64,000 nt of DNA from Bdellovibrionota bacterium (GTDB taxonomy: Bacteria; Bdellovibrionota_C; UBA2361; OMII01): the NCBI GenBank assembly GCA_044344945.1, contig JBIJBZ010000001.1, positions 2,239 to 66,238 of the forward strand, given 5' to 3'. Shown piece by piece: positions 50,589 to 61,006 of this stretch (the stretch's first letter is position 1; every line of letters starts with the position of its first letter). Below the pieces are notes generated by a model. It saw nothing but the letters and a program-made list of their open reading frames with translations, made no database searches and was not told where the DNA came from. Both the position numbers and the translations under genes were made by a program.

Positions 50589-53119
50589 ACTTTTCATTCC
50601 CCGCAGCGTTCTACCTTCTGATCCCAATTACAGCGGCTATCGCGTGGACCCTTCGTGCTCGCCCAGCACGTTCACTACGCTCCCTGATCGCTGCCCTGTT
50701 TCGCCTATGCACGCTGGCAGCACTTGTAACCGCCGTGGCTGGCCCCTACAAGCAGCGAGAGCTTCCAGCGGAGAGTCTGACTGCATTTCTCGATCTCTCA
50801 TCAAGTATAACTCCCCAGCAAGGAGGGTCGCTCCTCGACAGAGCGCGCACCCTGGCAACAGACCTTAATGTTCCTCTCAAAGTCGTTCCGTTTGCAAAAG
50901 AGATGGCACCCTCAGCACTCCCTGTTAGTGTACTCGATCGGTACACATCGCTGCGCGAGAGCTGGGAGAAGCTCAATCCCGGTGCTACGAACTTAGCGCA
51001 GATTACGTCCTTTCCAACTCAATCATCGGTAGCCCTCCTTTTAAGTGATGGATACGAAACCACCGGTGAGATCCACGGTGCAACACTCAATCCAGCTACG
51101 CTCAGACTCTTTCCCCTTACAGCACTCGGAGAATCCTCAGACGAGGGCATCGCTATCTCGCAGCTCTCTGCACCCCTGACCGTCCGCGCCCAGAAGAGCG
51201 TCGATATTAAGACCACAATCACCAACTCCCACAAACAGCCACAGGCGGGAACCCTTGAAATTACACACGGTGATCGAACCATTTTCTCGCAAAAAGTGAG
51301 CGTTCCTGCCGGGCAGGATCTCGCCATTGTTGCTCAGAGCGATCCCGCACTTGAGGGGCTTCGAACTATCCAAGCTACCTTCTCATGGCGCGATGCATCT
51401 GGCGATCACACAAACACCCGCACCATCTGGTTATCGGGAGAGAAGCGGGACAGAGTGCTTCTGCTCTCTGGCTCCTCGGACGATGACCGCTTTATGTCGC
51501 AGATCCTCACCAACCAGAGCTACCAGCTGCGCGCGCTTGTTGCCGGAAAATCTCCGGAGCCCGGCGAGTCACTCGGGGACTATCGCGCCGTTATCCTAAA
51601 CAACATCGCCTATACTGAGATCCCCGAGCGCTTCCGCTCCAGTCTTGGAAGTTACGTTCGAGGTGGCGGTGGGCTCGTCACCATCGGTGGAAACAAGAGC
51701 TACGGTCTCGGTGGCTACATCGGCTCTGCGACAGAGGAGCTTCTCCCCGTGCGGCTCGTGCAACCACACCAGGAGAAGAAGCGGCTTAACGTCGCCGTTC
51801 AGCTAGTCCTCGACAAGTCTCGCAGTATGGCCACCGACAACCGGCTTGAGTTTGCAAAGGCTGCTGCAGAGGAAGTCGTGCGAAACCTAAAGGACGACGA
51901 CTACATCGGTGTTATCGGATTTGACGAGGTGCCGTTCATTGCACTGCCCGTCTCTTCCCTCGCGCAGGTTCGTGCCACCGCCGTTGAGCGCATCTCCCGG
52001 CTCTTTCCAGCGAGCAGAACGAACCTATTTCCAGCCCTCGATGAGGCGAGGCGAGGGCTTGCGCGCATAAACGCGGGGAGAAAGCACGCGATCGTTCTTA
52101 CCGACGGTAAGCTCCCTGACCCGGGGCCGTACTATTTTGAGCTAATTAAACAGATGCGGGTTCTCGGTATCACCGTTTCAACAGTCATGGTTGGGAACGA
52201 CGCTGATGATGGATTCCTCGCGCAACTGGCACAAGATGGTGGCGGATCCTTTTACCAAACAACCGATCCGAGCAATCTCCCAAAGGTCTTCCTCTCAGAT
52301 GTGAAGGTTGCAAGTGGAGAACGAACCCTCAAAGAGGAGCCCGATCTCCCGGTACGAAAGGGGCCCGACCCAATCACGAGCACCTCCCTCACCACATTTC
52401 CGACCATTCGTGGCTTTGTTGAGACACTACAAAAATACGCCGCTTCTACCGAGCTCGTTGTCTCTGATCTCGAAGGAACCTACCCACTCCTTGCATCGTG
52501 GAAAGCAGGCGAGGGGAGGGTCGTCTCTTTTACCTCCGATGCCAACGGTCGTTGGTCTTCAAACTGGATGCGCTGGGACCGTATTCAGGAATTCTGGTCT
52601 GATGTTGTAGAGTCAGCTCGGCGTAAGGTCACGGCCAAGGAGGCCCATGTGCCCTTCGACATGCGCTCGTGGGTTGAAGGCTCACAGATGGTAGTCGACC
52701 TCTCGTTGTTTGAGGACGCTGGCGTCAAGGAGATAACCGCATCGATCAGAACTCCATCCGGCAGTACAAAAAAGATCTCATTCTCTCCCGTCACCCGCGG
52801 CCACTATCAAGCTCGACTCGACGATGCTGTCGCTGGAACCTACCGCACAACTGTCTCGCTTGGGGACGCCAACCTCCCAGATGTTGCATGGACCCTGTCC
52901 GGTGAACTCTTTGGAGAGCGTTCGTTTCGCAAACCAAACCTGACAGTGCTATCAGAGATTGCTGACCGATCCGGTGGCAAAGTAGATCCGACTGCTGCCG
53001 AGATCAGGCCACTCCTGCGACAGACAAGTGAACGAACACCACGGGCGCACATCTTCCTCATCGCTGCTCTTTTCCTGCTCTTTGCAGAGTTTACTGTTCG
53101 AGCGCTGCCGAATCGGTAA
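50573..53119 (+). CDS. BatB-type large vWA-domain membrane protein
   Basis: N-terminal Bat-type TM pair, LVLDKSRSM vWA, C-terminal TM anchor. 848 aa. Confidence 0.65.
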   Translation: MGAGMNFSFPAAFYLLIPITAAIAWTLRARPARSLRSLIAALFRLCTLAALVTAVAGPYKQRELPAESLTAFLDLSSSITPQQGGSLLDRARTLATDLNVPLKVVPFAKEMAPSALPVSVLDRYTSLRESWEKLNPGATNLAQITSFPTQSSVALLLSDGYETTGEIHGATLNPATLRLFPLTALGESSDEGIAISQLSAPLTVRAQKSVDIKTTITNSHKQPQAGTLEITHGDRTIFSQKVSVPAGQDLAIVAQSDPALEGLRTIQATFSWRDASGDHTNTRTIWLSGEKRDRVLLLSGSSDDDRFMSQILTNQSYQLRALVAGKSPEPGESLGDYRAVILNNIAYTEIPERFRSSLGSYVRGGGGLVTIGGNKSYGLGGYIGSATEELLPVRLVQPHQEKKRLNVAVQLVLDKSRSMATDNRLEFAKAAAEEVVRNLKDDDYIGVIGFDEVPFIALPVSSLAQVRATAVERISRLFPASRTNLFPALDEARRGLARINAGRKHAIVLTDGKLPDPGPYYFELIKQMRVLGITVSTVMVGNDADDGFLAQLAQDGGGSFYQTTDPSNLPKVFLSDVKVASGERTLKEEPDLPVRKGPDPITSTSLTTFPTIRGFVETLQKYAASTELVVSDLEGTYPLLASWKAGEGRVVSFTSDANGRWSSNWMRWDRIQEFWSDVVESARRKVTAKEAHVPFDMRSWVEGSQMVVDLSLFEDAGVKEITASIRTPSGSTKKISFSPVTRGHYQARLDDAVAGTYRTTVSLGDANLPDVAWTLSGELFGERSFRKPNLTVLSEIADRSGGKVDPTAAEIRPLLRQTSERTPRAHIFLIAALFLLFAEFTVRALPNR

Positions 53120-54605
53120 CGCCGTATACCACTGCAACCAACGACCACGGCCTTCCACTAAACGGTGCTGCTCGCCCAAGCTCCATCCATCCCGCCGGGA
53201 TCGTGCTGAGATCCTCCTCCTTCACAAAGAAAACCCGAGACGGCTCCGCTACCACACTCCGTGGATCAAGTTCGCTCGTCAGGTTTGGTCGCAGCATCTC
53301 GCGGTAGATCCCTTCAACATTAAACCGCCCCTTGTGTGGATTAGATCGTCCGGAGAGGGAATTCCCGACGATCGTAAAATTGACGTAGCTCGCTCGCAGC
53401 CCCTCCATAAGGCGATCAACGTCGAGACGCGCAGTATCATCTCGCACCTCTTTGACGTTGCGAGCTATCGCGCGTCCATACGGGAGCATTCCAAAAAACA
53501 CGACAGCAGCAGCGACAACCCCCGCACACCTGCTCCAGGGCACTCGGTTGCGCACACTCTCCCAGAGCGCGCTGCTTCCAAACACGGCAAGCATGCAACA
53601 AAAGGGCAGAAATGGACTGATGTACCACGGAACACGCGATGCTGCGCACGAGTAGAGCGCCACCGGCACCACGCTCCAGACTAGGAGAAATCGGAAACGT
53701 GGATCTTTTCGAGCGGCAATCCCGGCCCCCATAATCCCCAAGGCCAACAAGAGGCGAGGAGGGCCCCCACCACGCACGAGCAGGTACCAAGCATAGTACA
53801 GAGGGCTTCCATCGGAGTGCCCCTGAAACCCAGAAAACGTCCGCTGCAGGATCTCAACACCGAGAAATATCGAAAGCCCCTTAACACCACCCGCCCACGC
53901 AACACACCCCACGTAGAGTGCAAATACAACGATCGGCACCAGCAATACTCCACACACTCGCGATCGGAGAATCCTGATATTAACAGCGGCAATCGAAACG
54001 CCCGCGACTACTAAAGGAACAAATCCAGCGACACTCTTGGTCAGCACCGCCAAGCTACACAGTGCTGCTATCGCTGCAACGCTTCGTCGAATCGATTCCC
54101 CTTTACTGGAAGCCTCAACTACTCGCCACGCATACCAGGCTGTTCCCAGGGTAAGCACCGTCAGCAATCCATCAAGCACTGCACGCCGAAACCCATGCTG
54201 GGCCAACACCCACTCGGGCATTCCTAGGGTCAGAAATCCAACAACAAGAGCGCCAATAATCGAATGAAAAATGCGCCGTGATAGCAGCACCGTTAGCACT
54301 ACAGCACCGATACCAAGGAGTCCATCGAGCAAACGGAAGCTAAAGTTACTCTCGCCCAGCACCCACGGAGCGATCGCCCCAAGCCAGAACTTAAGCGGGG
54401 GCTTCTCAAACATCGTAGGCTTTCCGTGGTGCAGCGGAAACCACGCGCCATCGTGCAGGATCCCCTGCGTCACCCGCACATAGATAACCTCATCCGAATA
54501 GAGCGAGACAGAGCTTGCCCCGAGGTTCCACAGGAAGACGAAGGCGGTCAGTGCTGCCAAAAGACCACTTGTCACTACTACTAGGATCCGCTCAAACCTC
54601 TGCAT
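53091..54605 (-). CDS. GT-C fold glycosyltransferase family 39-like (ArnT/PMT type) membrane protein
   Basis: YSDEVIY (DE motif), FEKPPL, then multiple TMs. Start MQRFERIL at 54605 preferred over track 54701. 3' end overlaps the convergent batB-like gene by 29 nt. Confidence 0.6.
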   Translation of the reverse strand: MQRFERILVVVTSGLLAALTAFVFLWNLGASSVSLYSDEVIYVRVTQGILHDGAWFPLHHGKPTMFEKPPLKFWLGAIAPWVLGESNFSFRLLDGLLGIGAVVLTVLLSRRIFHSIIGALVVGFLTLGMPEWVLAQHGFRRAVLDGLLTVLTLGTAWYAWRVVEASSKGESIRRSVAAIAALCSLAVLTKSVAGFVPLVVAGVSIAAVNIRILRSRVCGVLLVPIVVFALYVGCVAWAGGVKGLSIFLGVEILQRTFSGFQGHSDGSPLYYAWYLLVRGGGPPRLLLALGIMGAGIAARKDPRFRFLLVWSVVPVALYSCAASRVPWYISPFLPFCCMLAVFGSSALWESVRNRVPWSRCAGVVAAAVVFFGMLPYGRAIARNVKEVRDDTARLDVDRLMEGLRASYVNFTIVGNSLSGRSNPHKGRFNVEGIYREMLRPNLTSELDPRSVVAEPSRVFFVKEEDLSTIPAGWMELGRAAPFSGRPWSLVAVVYGVTDSAALEQ

Positions 54606-54718
54606 TGTGTGTCCTTGCCCGGCCGCCTTCAGTTCCTCACTCGGCATTGGAAAAAATGTTTCGCATCCTCCGGGAACTGGGGTACAAATGGAGTAACACA
54701 CATCAGGGAATTACGCAT

Positions 54719-55369
54719 ATGGCTCAATCGTTTTCGATCTATTTTGCTGGTGAGTTGTTCTCTCTCAAGCACCTCGTTGGAAACGCGATCCTCGCCGACG
54801 CTATCCAGGTTCAATCAGAGGGAAGGTACCACTGCTTCGTGCCCCAAAATCATGAACAGCGCGACACAACCCCGCTAGCGATACGAAACCAAGATCTCCT
54901 ACATGTCGTAACGAGTGACCTCGGACTCTTTCACTTCGATGGTCCCGAACTGGACTCAGGAACCGTCGTTGAATTCATGGTTGCAAAGATGCTCGATATC
55001 CCCTCGGTTATCATCCGCTCCGATTTTCGCCTCGGCGGCGATGCGGGCTCCGCACCATGGAACCTGATGCTGATAAACTATCCTCGCACCGAGGTGATAA
55101 CCCTTGATAGTATCGCAGTATACCAGAACGGACTTCATGGTAAGGGGCTCTCACCGAAAGATGCTGCAATAGCCGCAGATGAGCACCTTGCAACCTTGAC
55201 GATCCGGGCCCTCGACGGGGTCCGAGCATCTCCACCAGTCCTCTCAGCCGATCAGAAACGAGCTGCGTACGAGAACGTGCGCCACATCGCCGGTGGCAAT
55301 TTCGACGAGCTGCTCAACGAGAAGAAGCTCGAATCGATCCTAACCTCTAAACTTGAGCGCGGACTATGA
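54719..55369 (+). CDS. nucleoside 2-deoxyribosyltransferase-like protein
   Basis: IYFAGELF N-terminus, FDGPELDSGTVVEFMVA (D.GT.FE motif). The track ORF starts upstream at 54515 and would overlap the divergent gene. Confidence 0.55.
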   Translation: MAQSFSIYFAGELFSLKHLVGNAILADAIQVQSEGRYHCFVPQNHEQRDTTPLAIRNQDLLHVVTSDLGLFHFDGPELDSGTVVEFMVAKMLDIPSVIIRSDFRLGGDAGSAPWNLMLINYPRTEVITLDSIAVYQNGLHGKGLSPKDAAIAADEHLATLTIRALDGVRASPPVLSADQKRAAYENVRHIAGGNFDELLNEKKLESILTSKLERGL

Positions 55370-56349
55370 GTTCTGCTCGGATCGCCGTTATCGGAAGCTT
55401 CGTTCAAGATCTCGCCTTTACCGTCGAGACCTTTCCTGCTCCCGGAGAGACCCGTATCGGCAACTTTTTTACCGGCCCCGGTGGCAAGGGCTCCAACCAA
55501 GCTGTGGCGGCGCACCGACAGAAAGTGCCAACGATATTTATCGGTGCTGTTGGCAATGATCTGTTCGGCCACGGCTACCGCGAGTGGACTCAAGGGGAGG
55601 GGCTCCCAACATCTCTGCTCACCGATCCAACCGCGCCCACTGGAGCTGCCTCAATCGTCGTAAATGCTCACGCTGAAAACTCGATCGTTGTAGCGCTCGG
55701 CGCGAATGAGAACCTCACTGCGGAACACACCCTCAATACCCTTGCAAAGAATCTTGAACTCTCGATCCTTCTCCTTCAAGCGGAGAGTAACCTCGATGCT
55801 GCTCAAGCCGCGCTAACCCATGGACGCGCGCGCGGCATATTCTCGATCTTTAATCCCGCCCCGATTAACCCGGCCGTGAGCAAAGATCTCCTCAGCTACG
55901 CTGACTGTATCACTCCGAATGAGACAGAGGCCTCGTACCTTATTGAGCGCATCTCCGGACGCCGCTGCTCGACAGACTTTGCAACGCTCTCGGACGATGC
56001 CATCCGTGAGTGCTGTGATGTGCTCCCGGCTTCAACGGTAGTCCTGACGCTTGGAAGCTCCGGCTCTCTTCTCTACCAACGGGGCGCGCCACATCCGTAC
56101 CTGCGAAATGTCGCGAAGGGAGAGATAGTACGAACTGAGCCTCTCTCGATTACGCCCGTTGATACCACCGGCGCAGGCGATGCTTTCAATGGTGGATTAG
56201 CCGCAGGTCTGATCCGATTCTCAGGTGATATTAAGCAGGCTATTCGGTATGCTACCGTTGTCGCTGGGCTCTCAACAACCCGAGCGGGAACAGCCCCGGC
56301 TATGCCAAGCCTTGATGAAGTAGAGACATATCGATCATTTTACGAGTAA
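55366..56349 (+). CDS. rbsK: ribokinase / PfkB family sugar kinase
   Basis: GGKGSNQAVAA, DTTGAGDAFNGGLA. Confidence 0.8.
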   Translation: MSSARIAVIGSFVQDLAFTVETFPAPGETRIGNFFTGPGGKGSNQAVAAHRQKVPTIFIGAVGNDLFGHGYREWTQGEGLPTSLLTDPTAPTGAASIVVNAHAENSIVVALGANENLTAEHTLNTLAKNLELSILLLQAESNLDAAQAALTHGRARGIFSIFNPAPINPAVSKDLLSYADCITPNETEASYLIERISGRRCSTDFATLSDDAIRECCDVLPASTVVLTLGSSGSLLYQRGAPHPYLRNVAKGEIVRTEPLSITPVDTTGAGDAFNGGLAAGLIRFSGDIKQAIRYATVVAGLSTTRAGTAPAMPSLDEVETYRSFYE

Positions 56350-56364
56350 AAGGGAGTTACCACT

Positions 56365-56640
56365 ATGCCGTACATCTCACGCAAAGATCGCAAGCAGTAC
56401 CAAGATATCTTAAACACCTTAGCCGAAACGATCCCAAAGGACAGGATGCTCCGCCCCGGCCACATGAACTACATCGTAAGCCTCCTCATTGAGAAGGTTT
56501 ACGGAACTGAGCTGCGCTACGCTGACCACAACGAGGTTATGGGGGTGTTAAACTGCATCGCGCTGGAATTCTACCGACGAAAGACGACGCCGTATGAGGA
56601 TCTCAAAATTAAGGAAGAGGGGGATCTGACGGAGCTGTAG
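56365..56640 (+). CDS. hypothetical small protein (91 aa)
   Basis: ORF in operon position after the ribokinase gene. No motif. Confidence 0.4.
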   Translation: MPYISRKDRKQYQDILNTLAETIPKDRMLRPGHMNYIVSLLIEKVYGTELRYADHNEVMGVLNCIALEFYRRKTTPYEDLKIKEEGDLTEL

Positions 56641-56702
56641 GCTCTACGGGTACCCGGAGTTCAGTTTAGCCGTTTACCAGTGCAGGGTTTTGCCTCGGGT
56701 CC

Positions 56703-57623
56703 CTACTGATGGCTTCTCGTAAAGATCGCGGCAAGGCGCCGGTTAGTAACACTACCAACCTCGGGTGAATCTAGATCCTGCCGGATCTCTGCTATCGATA
56801 AAAATTTCGGATGCTTCTCAAAGCGCGGAGCGCTGGGGGGAGAGTAGTGCTTCGGATCCCACAGATCGAGCAATGCTGCCTCTAGCTGCTCCTGTGTTGG
56901 GAACGATCCTTTTTGGTAGCGAAAGAAGAGCCGATTCGAGGCGTCACTCCCAGTGGGCTCAATCCATTCTGAGACGGTCTCTTCTAACCAAGGTCGAAAT
57001 GTTTTCGTGAACCACTCTGCGATCTCACGAACGGAGATCTGTCGATTCTCCTCGCTTGAAACATCTATAGCAAATACTCGGCGTTCTGATTGCCCCAGCT
57101 CTTCTAGTCGCTGCGCAAAACCGAACGCTCTGTGATCAAGGAGGAGATCATTATAAAAGTTCCGCTCTGCACCCGAGAGATTAAGCAGGTACTGCCACGC
57201 GGTGGCATCAACAAGATTGCGCTCATGAGGGCCCGCACTCTGAACAAACGTAACCGCGTGACCATCGTCCCAAAATGGATGGCGATCCATGAGATTACGA
57301 GCAACAGCGACTGACTTGGGTATTCCAACGCGCATTTGCACGTCGGCAGAAAACCCGACCTGTTCGACGAGATGTTCAACCACTCGGCTCGCATCCCCAC
57401 ACACAGCCGCAAAGAAGATGCTCTCATTATACCGCGCGTACTTTGGGTCTAAGGTGTACCGCCGACACTCCGGCTCGTACGCCTCTACTAAGACTCGCTC
57501 AATCTCAGGCAACGCTCCCCTAATCACGCTTTCCATCGACCTCGCTGGGTAGGCGGGGGCAGTAGCAACGCCACTCTCGACTTGTACAGCCGGCACGGTA
57601 TGAGACGATGGATCCACAATCAC
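56703..57623 (-). CDS. hypothetical protein (306 aa)
   Basis: ORF with no recognisable motif. Confidence 0.5.
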   Translation of the reverse strand: MIVDPSSHTVPAVQVESGVATAPAYPARSMESVIRGALPEIERVLVEAYEPECRRYTLDPKYARYNESIFFAAVCGDASRVVEHLVEQVGFSADVQMRVGIPKSVAVARNLMDRHPFWDDGHAVTFVQSAGPHERNLVDATAWQYLLNLSGAERNFYNDLLLDHRAFGFAQRLEELGQSERRVFAIDVSSEENRQISVREIAEWFTKTFRPWLEETVSEWIEPTGSDASNRLFFRYQKGSFPTQEQLEAALLDLWDPKHYSPPSAPRFEKHPKFLSIAEIRQDLDSPEVGSVTNRRLAAIFTRSHQ

Positions 57624-57679
57624 AACATCACCTTAACGTCACAAACTAGCTTCGTGTGCGAAGCACGGGGCTTACCATG

Positions 57680-58110
57680 TTAAAAAACCCTCCTGGTTTA
57701 GCGCCATCCTGCGGCCACGAGACTGTTAGCAGGGACCGTAGGAGGATACCAGGGGTGCGTTGCTTAGTGAAGCCAAACAGGTCCCTGCGGTGCTTTAAGG
57801 ACACCCTGTCACGGCCTCCTGACACCTGAACAAGTTGAGCCACCTAGGGCACTTACCCGAGGCTATCCCGCTTGACTCCATACCTCCTCCTACACAGCGT
57901 AGGTTCTCCGTTAGTCCAGAAGAAGACCAAGTCGTACTCCTTAAGACTTCTGACCTATCACCTCAAGGCCTCCCCGATTTAAAATATTCCTTTGAAGAAC
58001 CCGGCGAGTGTTGTATCCAGGAGCCCATCTTGTTGTTCCCATGAATTACCGTCAGTCTGAAGTTACATCGTCCTCCGGTATAGCGACTTCGGCCCCCCTC
58101 CCGCCGCACG
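57680..58110 (-). ncRNA. candidate structured non-coding RNA region (unidentified) in a 558-bp divergent intergenic gap
   Basis: No credible ORF. The minus strand ends with ...ccaggagggtttttt. Several GC-rich inverted repeats. Conserved RNase P, tmRNA and SRP motifs were not found. Confidence 0.15.
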
Positions 58111-58181
58111 GTTAACTCTATCGCCTGACCGATCTTGAACGCCGCCTCATAGTCTCCTGGAACCTATGCGCAGATCTCTCG

Positions 58182-59093
58182 GTGAAGGAGATTGCCCGAC
58201 GAGCCGATGTGCGAGAACACCAAGCCCGACATGCGCTTATGTCCTTAGCTCGTCGCGGCATCCTCGTTCCGATGTACCTCGTCGACAACTATCAGCTCGC
58301 ATTCTCTGATTACGGCTTTTTCTTTTCTCCGAGCGCCGAATCAAGCGCACTGCGCCGCCGCTTCGAAAACAGTCTCATGAGACATCCGCGCGTGGTCTGG
58401 TTAGCTCGGATGAGTGGAACGTTTCAGTACGGCGCGACCTTTATGGCGAAACGCCCGCATGAACTTGTCGACTTCTTCTCGTGGATGCAGCCCTTGTCGC
58501 AAGGAGCATACGCCCGCAAAGCAACCCGCATCGCTGTCGATTGCACCTGGTTCTCGCCCAATTACCTTGCCCCTGACGTCACCGAACGCATCACGGTCTC
58601 AATTACTTCCAGCGCAGAGCCGCCGGTGCTCGACGCTATCGACAAAAAAATCCTCATCACCATGACTGAAAACCCCGCATCTAGCACTACACAGCTTGCA
58701 AGCCTTGCGGGCATGAATAAGTCGTCGCTGGCCTATCGCATCGGTAGATTGCGTGAAGCGAAGATCATCCGGGGCCGGATGTACTCAATTAAGAATTATA
58801 TCCTCGGGATCTTAATGTATCGAGTCATGATAGTTGACTGCGGCCTTACTGATGCCCAACGACGACAGCTTTACGAAATCTGCTCGCGATGCCCCCATGT
58901 CGTAGCATTTGTGGTATGCACCGGAAACTGGGACTTCGAGTTCCGTTTTGAAGCAGAGCACCCCGAGATTGTCGACAACTTCTGTCAGCAGCTCATCGAT
59001 ACATTTGGCAAATCTATCGGCTCCGTTCTGGTTTCGCAGCAGCTTTCGACCTTAAAGAGATCTGCGTATGCGGATGATGTGCAGCAGCAGTAG
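58182..59093 (+). CDS. tandem-domain Lrp/AsnC-family regulator-like protein (NirDL/AhbAB-like architecture)
   Basis: Second half has a clear AsnC HTH (ILITMTENPASSTTQLASLAGMNKSSLAYRIGRLREAKII) plus a RAM domain. First half repeats the pattern more weakly. Confidence 0.55.
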   Translation: MKEIARRADVREHQARHALMSLARRGILVPMYLVDNYQLAFSDYGFFFSPSAESSALRRRFENSLMRHPRVVWLARMSGTFQYGATFMAKRPHELVDFFSWMQPLSQGAYARKATRIAVDCTWFSPNYLAPDVTERITVSITSSAEPPVLDAIDKKILITMTENPASSTTQLASLAGMNKSSLAYRIGRLREAKIIRGRMYSIKNYILGILMYRVMIVDCGLTDAQRRQLYEICSRCPHVVAFVVCTGNWDFEFRFEAEHPEIVDNFCQQLIDTFGKSIGSVLVSQQLSTLKRSAYADDVQQQ

Positions 59094-59141
59094 GGCCGGC
59101 ATCAGCACAGGCCTCTTGCCGCGGGGCAATACTCCCGACTA

Positions 59142-60692
59142 CTACTTCTTGCCAGGCGAGCGCTCATACACCGCTCGATTCAGCAGATAGGCCAAGGCTC
59201 CCTCACGTGCCTCCGGACTCACTCGCGAAAACTCGACGACGTCTTTTGGAAACTTACCAAAAGTCTTAATAAGCCGCAGCGCATCGTTTCGGATGAAATC
59301 GTCATAGCGAGCGCATGCTTCGCCTATTCCGCCGCCAATAATCAGCTTCTGGGGAGCGACTCCCTTCTGCTTCATGTCGCGATAAATAACCCCTAAGCCC
59401 GCTCCAAGATCCTTGAAGTACGTTTTCCATGTTCTCACGCCTTTGACTACAAGCGCTGCCATCGGATCTACAAAGGGAGGCTGCTCAAATCGTGGTTCAC
59501 ATGCAAAGGCTGTCCACAAACCCTCCAGGGTCGGGGTGAACAGGAATTGATTCACTGCACGCACAAGATGGCTCGGAAGGTTAATTGCCCAACGATGACG
59601 TTCGTGGCTTGGCAGTTCGGCCAACCGTGTAAATTGCTCCTTAAGGTCCTCTGGCTCTAGTTTCAGGTTCTTGCGAAGAAGTTCTTGATCTTGCTTCAAA
59701 GTCTTGCTGCAAACCTGCGCAAGAGCAACAAGAAGAGGTTCGCATCCTTCGTGGCTCAATTCCCTGAGAAGGCGAATAGCTACCCACGGCCCGGCAACTA
59801 CCGTTTCGAAGTACTTCTGCCCTGACTTTGGCGCCTCGTAACTTCCCTCCTGGGTTACATATTGATCGAACTCAAGCTTGTCCAGCAACCGATAGCGCGG
59901 TCGATTTGAGATCATCTCCTGCACAACATAGTGCCCAAACTCCGAGTACATGTTCGAAGGCTGCCCATCGATCAACACCATCCCGCCGAGACCCGTGCCC
60001 ACGATTACAAAAGCACCGTTATCACAGCCAGCAAGGCCGCCAAGGATCATCTCGCCACGCAAACCAGCATCGGCGTCATTGAGAACCTTAATAACCGAGC
60101 TATCTACCGTGGGCCATTTCGGCAGTCCATGCTTTTTAAGCTCTTTGTTGCGCTCGCAGATCTCGTTATTAATCGCCGCCATCATAGTGCGAGCGATAGG
60201 CTCTTTCGTAAGATTGATTCCCGTATTGGTCGTAGTAATGAGAGCATCGGCATCATCGCCCTCTACGCGACCTGCAACGGAAAAAACGGTAGCGCTGATC
60301 TGATTGAACGGAGGGGGACCCTGCAAGGGATCGAACTGCCTCGCAACGTGATCAACAAACTGCTTGGCTATCTCGGCAATTACAACATCCTTTGCGTGCT
60401 CAAATTGAATACCACGATCCACCAAACCAGGCGTGAGCGTCTCATTAAGATCCTGCCACTTAACCGCAGCGGTTATAGGTTCAGTGCCTCGTACGTGGGA
60501 AAGGCAGAAGCGGACATTTGTTCCGCCGATAATGATGGTGACTCCGAAAGGCTCTTCACGAGACAGAGTGAGCGATTGAGGGTCCCTTGAAGGACCTTGC
60601 AACTCTTCCGTTCCCTGTAAAGCCCCTCTCGCCGGCGCTATAAGCGCACCGGAAGGCTGTGAGGACGTTGACGCAGACATGTAATACCTCAA
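59142..60692 (-). CDS. ROK/glucokinase-superfamily protein with N-terminal extension and large insertion
   Basis: IIIGGTNVRF, VLNDADAGLRGE, FVIVGTGLGGMVL, C-terminal IIGGGIGEA. Confidence 0.55.
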   Translation of the reverse strand: MRYYMSASTSSQPSGALIAPARGALQGTEELQGPSRDPQSLTLSREEPFGVTIIIGGTNVRFCLSHVRGTEPITAAVKWQDLNETLTPGLVDRGIQFEHAKDVVIAEIAKQFVDHVARQFDPLQGPPPFNQISATVFSVAGRVEGDDADALITTTNTGINLTKEPIARTMMAAINNEICERNKELKKHGLPKWPTVDSSVIKVLNDADAGLRGEMILGGLAGCDNGAFVIVGTGLGGMVLIDGQPSNMYSEFGHYVVQEMISNRPRYRLLDKLEFDQYVTQEGSYEAPKSGQKYFETVVAGPWVAIRLLRELSHEGCEPLLVALAQVCSKTLKQDQELLRKNLKLEPEDLKEQFTRLAELPSHERHRWAINLPSHLVRAVNQFLFTPTLEGLWTAFACEPRFEQPPFVDPMAALVVKGVRTWKTYFKDLGAGLGVIYRDMKQKGVAPQKLIIGGGIGEACARYDDFIRNDALRLIKTFGKFPKDVVEFSRVSPEAREGALAYLLNRAVYERSPGKK

Positions 60693-61006
60693 TAAGTGCC
60701 GACCATCCCTCTCTAGCGAATCTCAAAGCGATTCAGAGGCGGAAAGCGACGAGGTCATGATACCGACAGGGCGCAGTATAACCAACTTTCTTGTTGGTTT
60801 TCTGAAAATATTTCTGTGTTTTTTGTGCTGGTCCGGCGTCGTCCCTCTACCGGAATTGAAAACCGTTAATTATCAGCCATTTCCACGAGAAATCGCGTGT
60901 TGGGCTCCGGCGCGAGGCCCCTGCTCGGTGGGCGTTCAGACCGACGCGCTCGAACCATTACCGCTCAAAACAGCCAGTTTGCGCCTGATGTGGCCAAGTT
61001 GGAGCA

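Noticed and set aside
57640-58130. I tried to read RNase P RNA, tmRNA or SRP RNA into the long intergenic region
   Set aside because: I could not find GGAAAGTCCGGGC / ACAGAACCCGGCTTA, the tmRNA GGGG...CCA acceptor/T-arm, or the SRP domain IV motif on either strand. It is kept only as a low-confidence unidentified ncRNA candidate.
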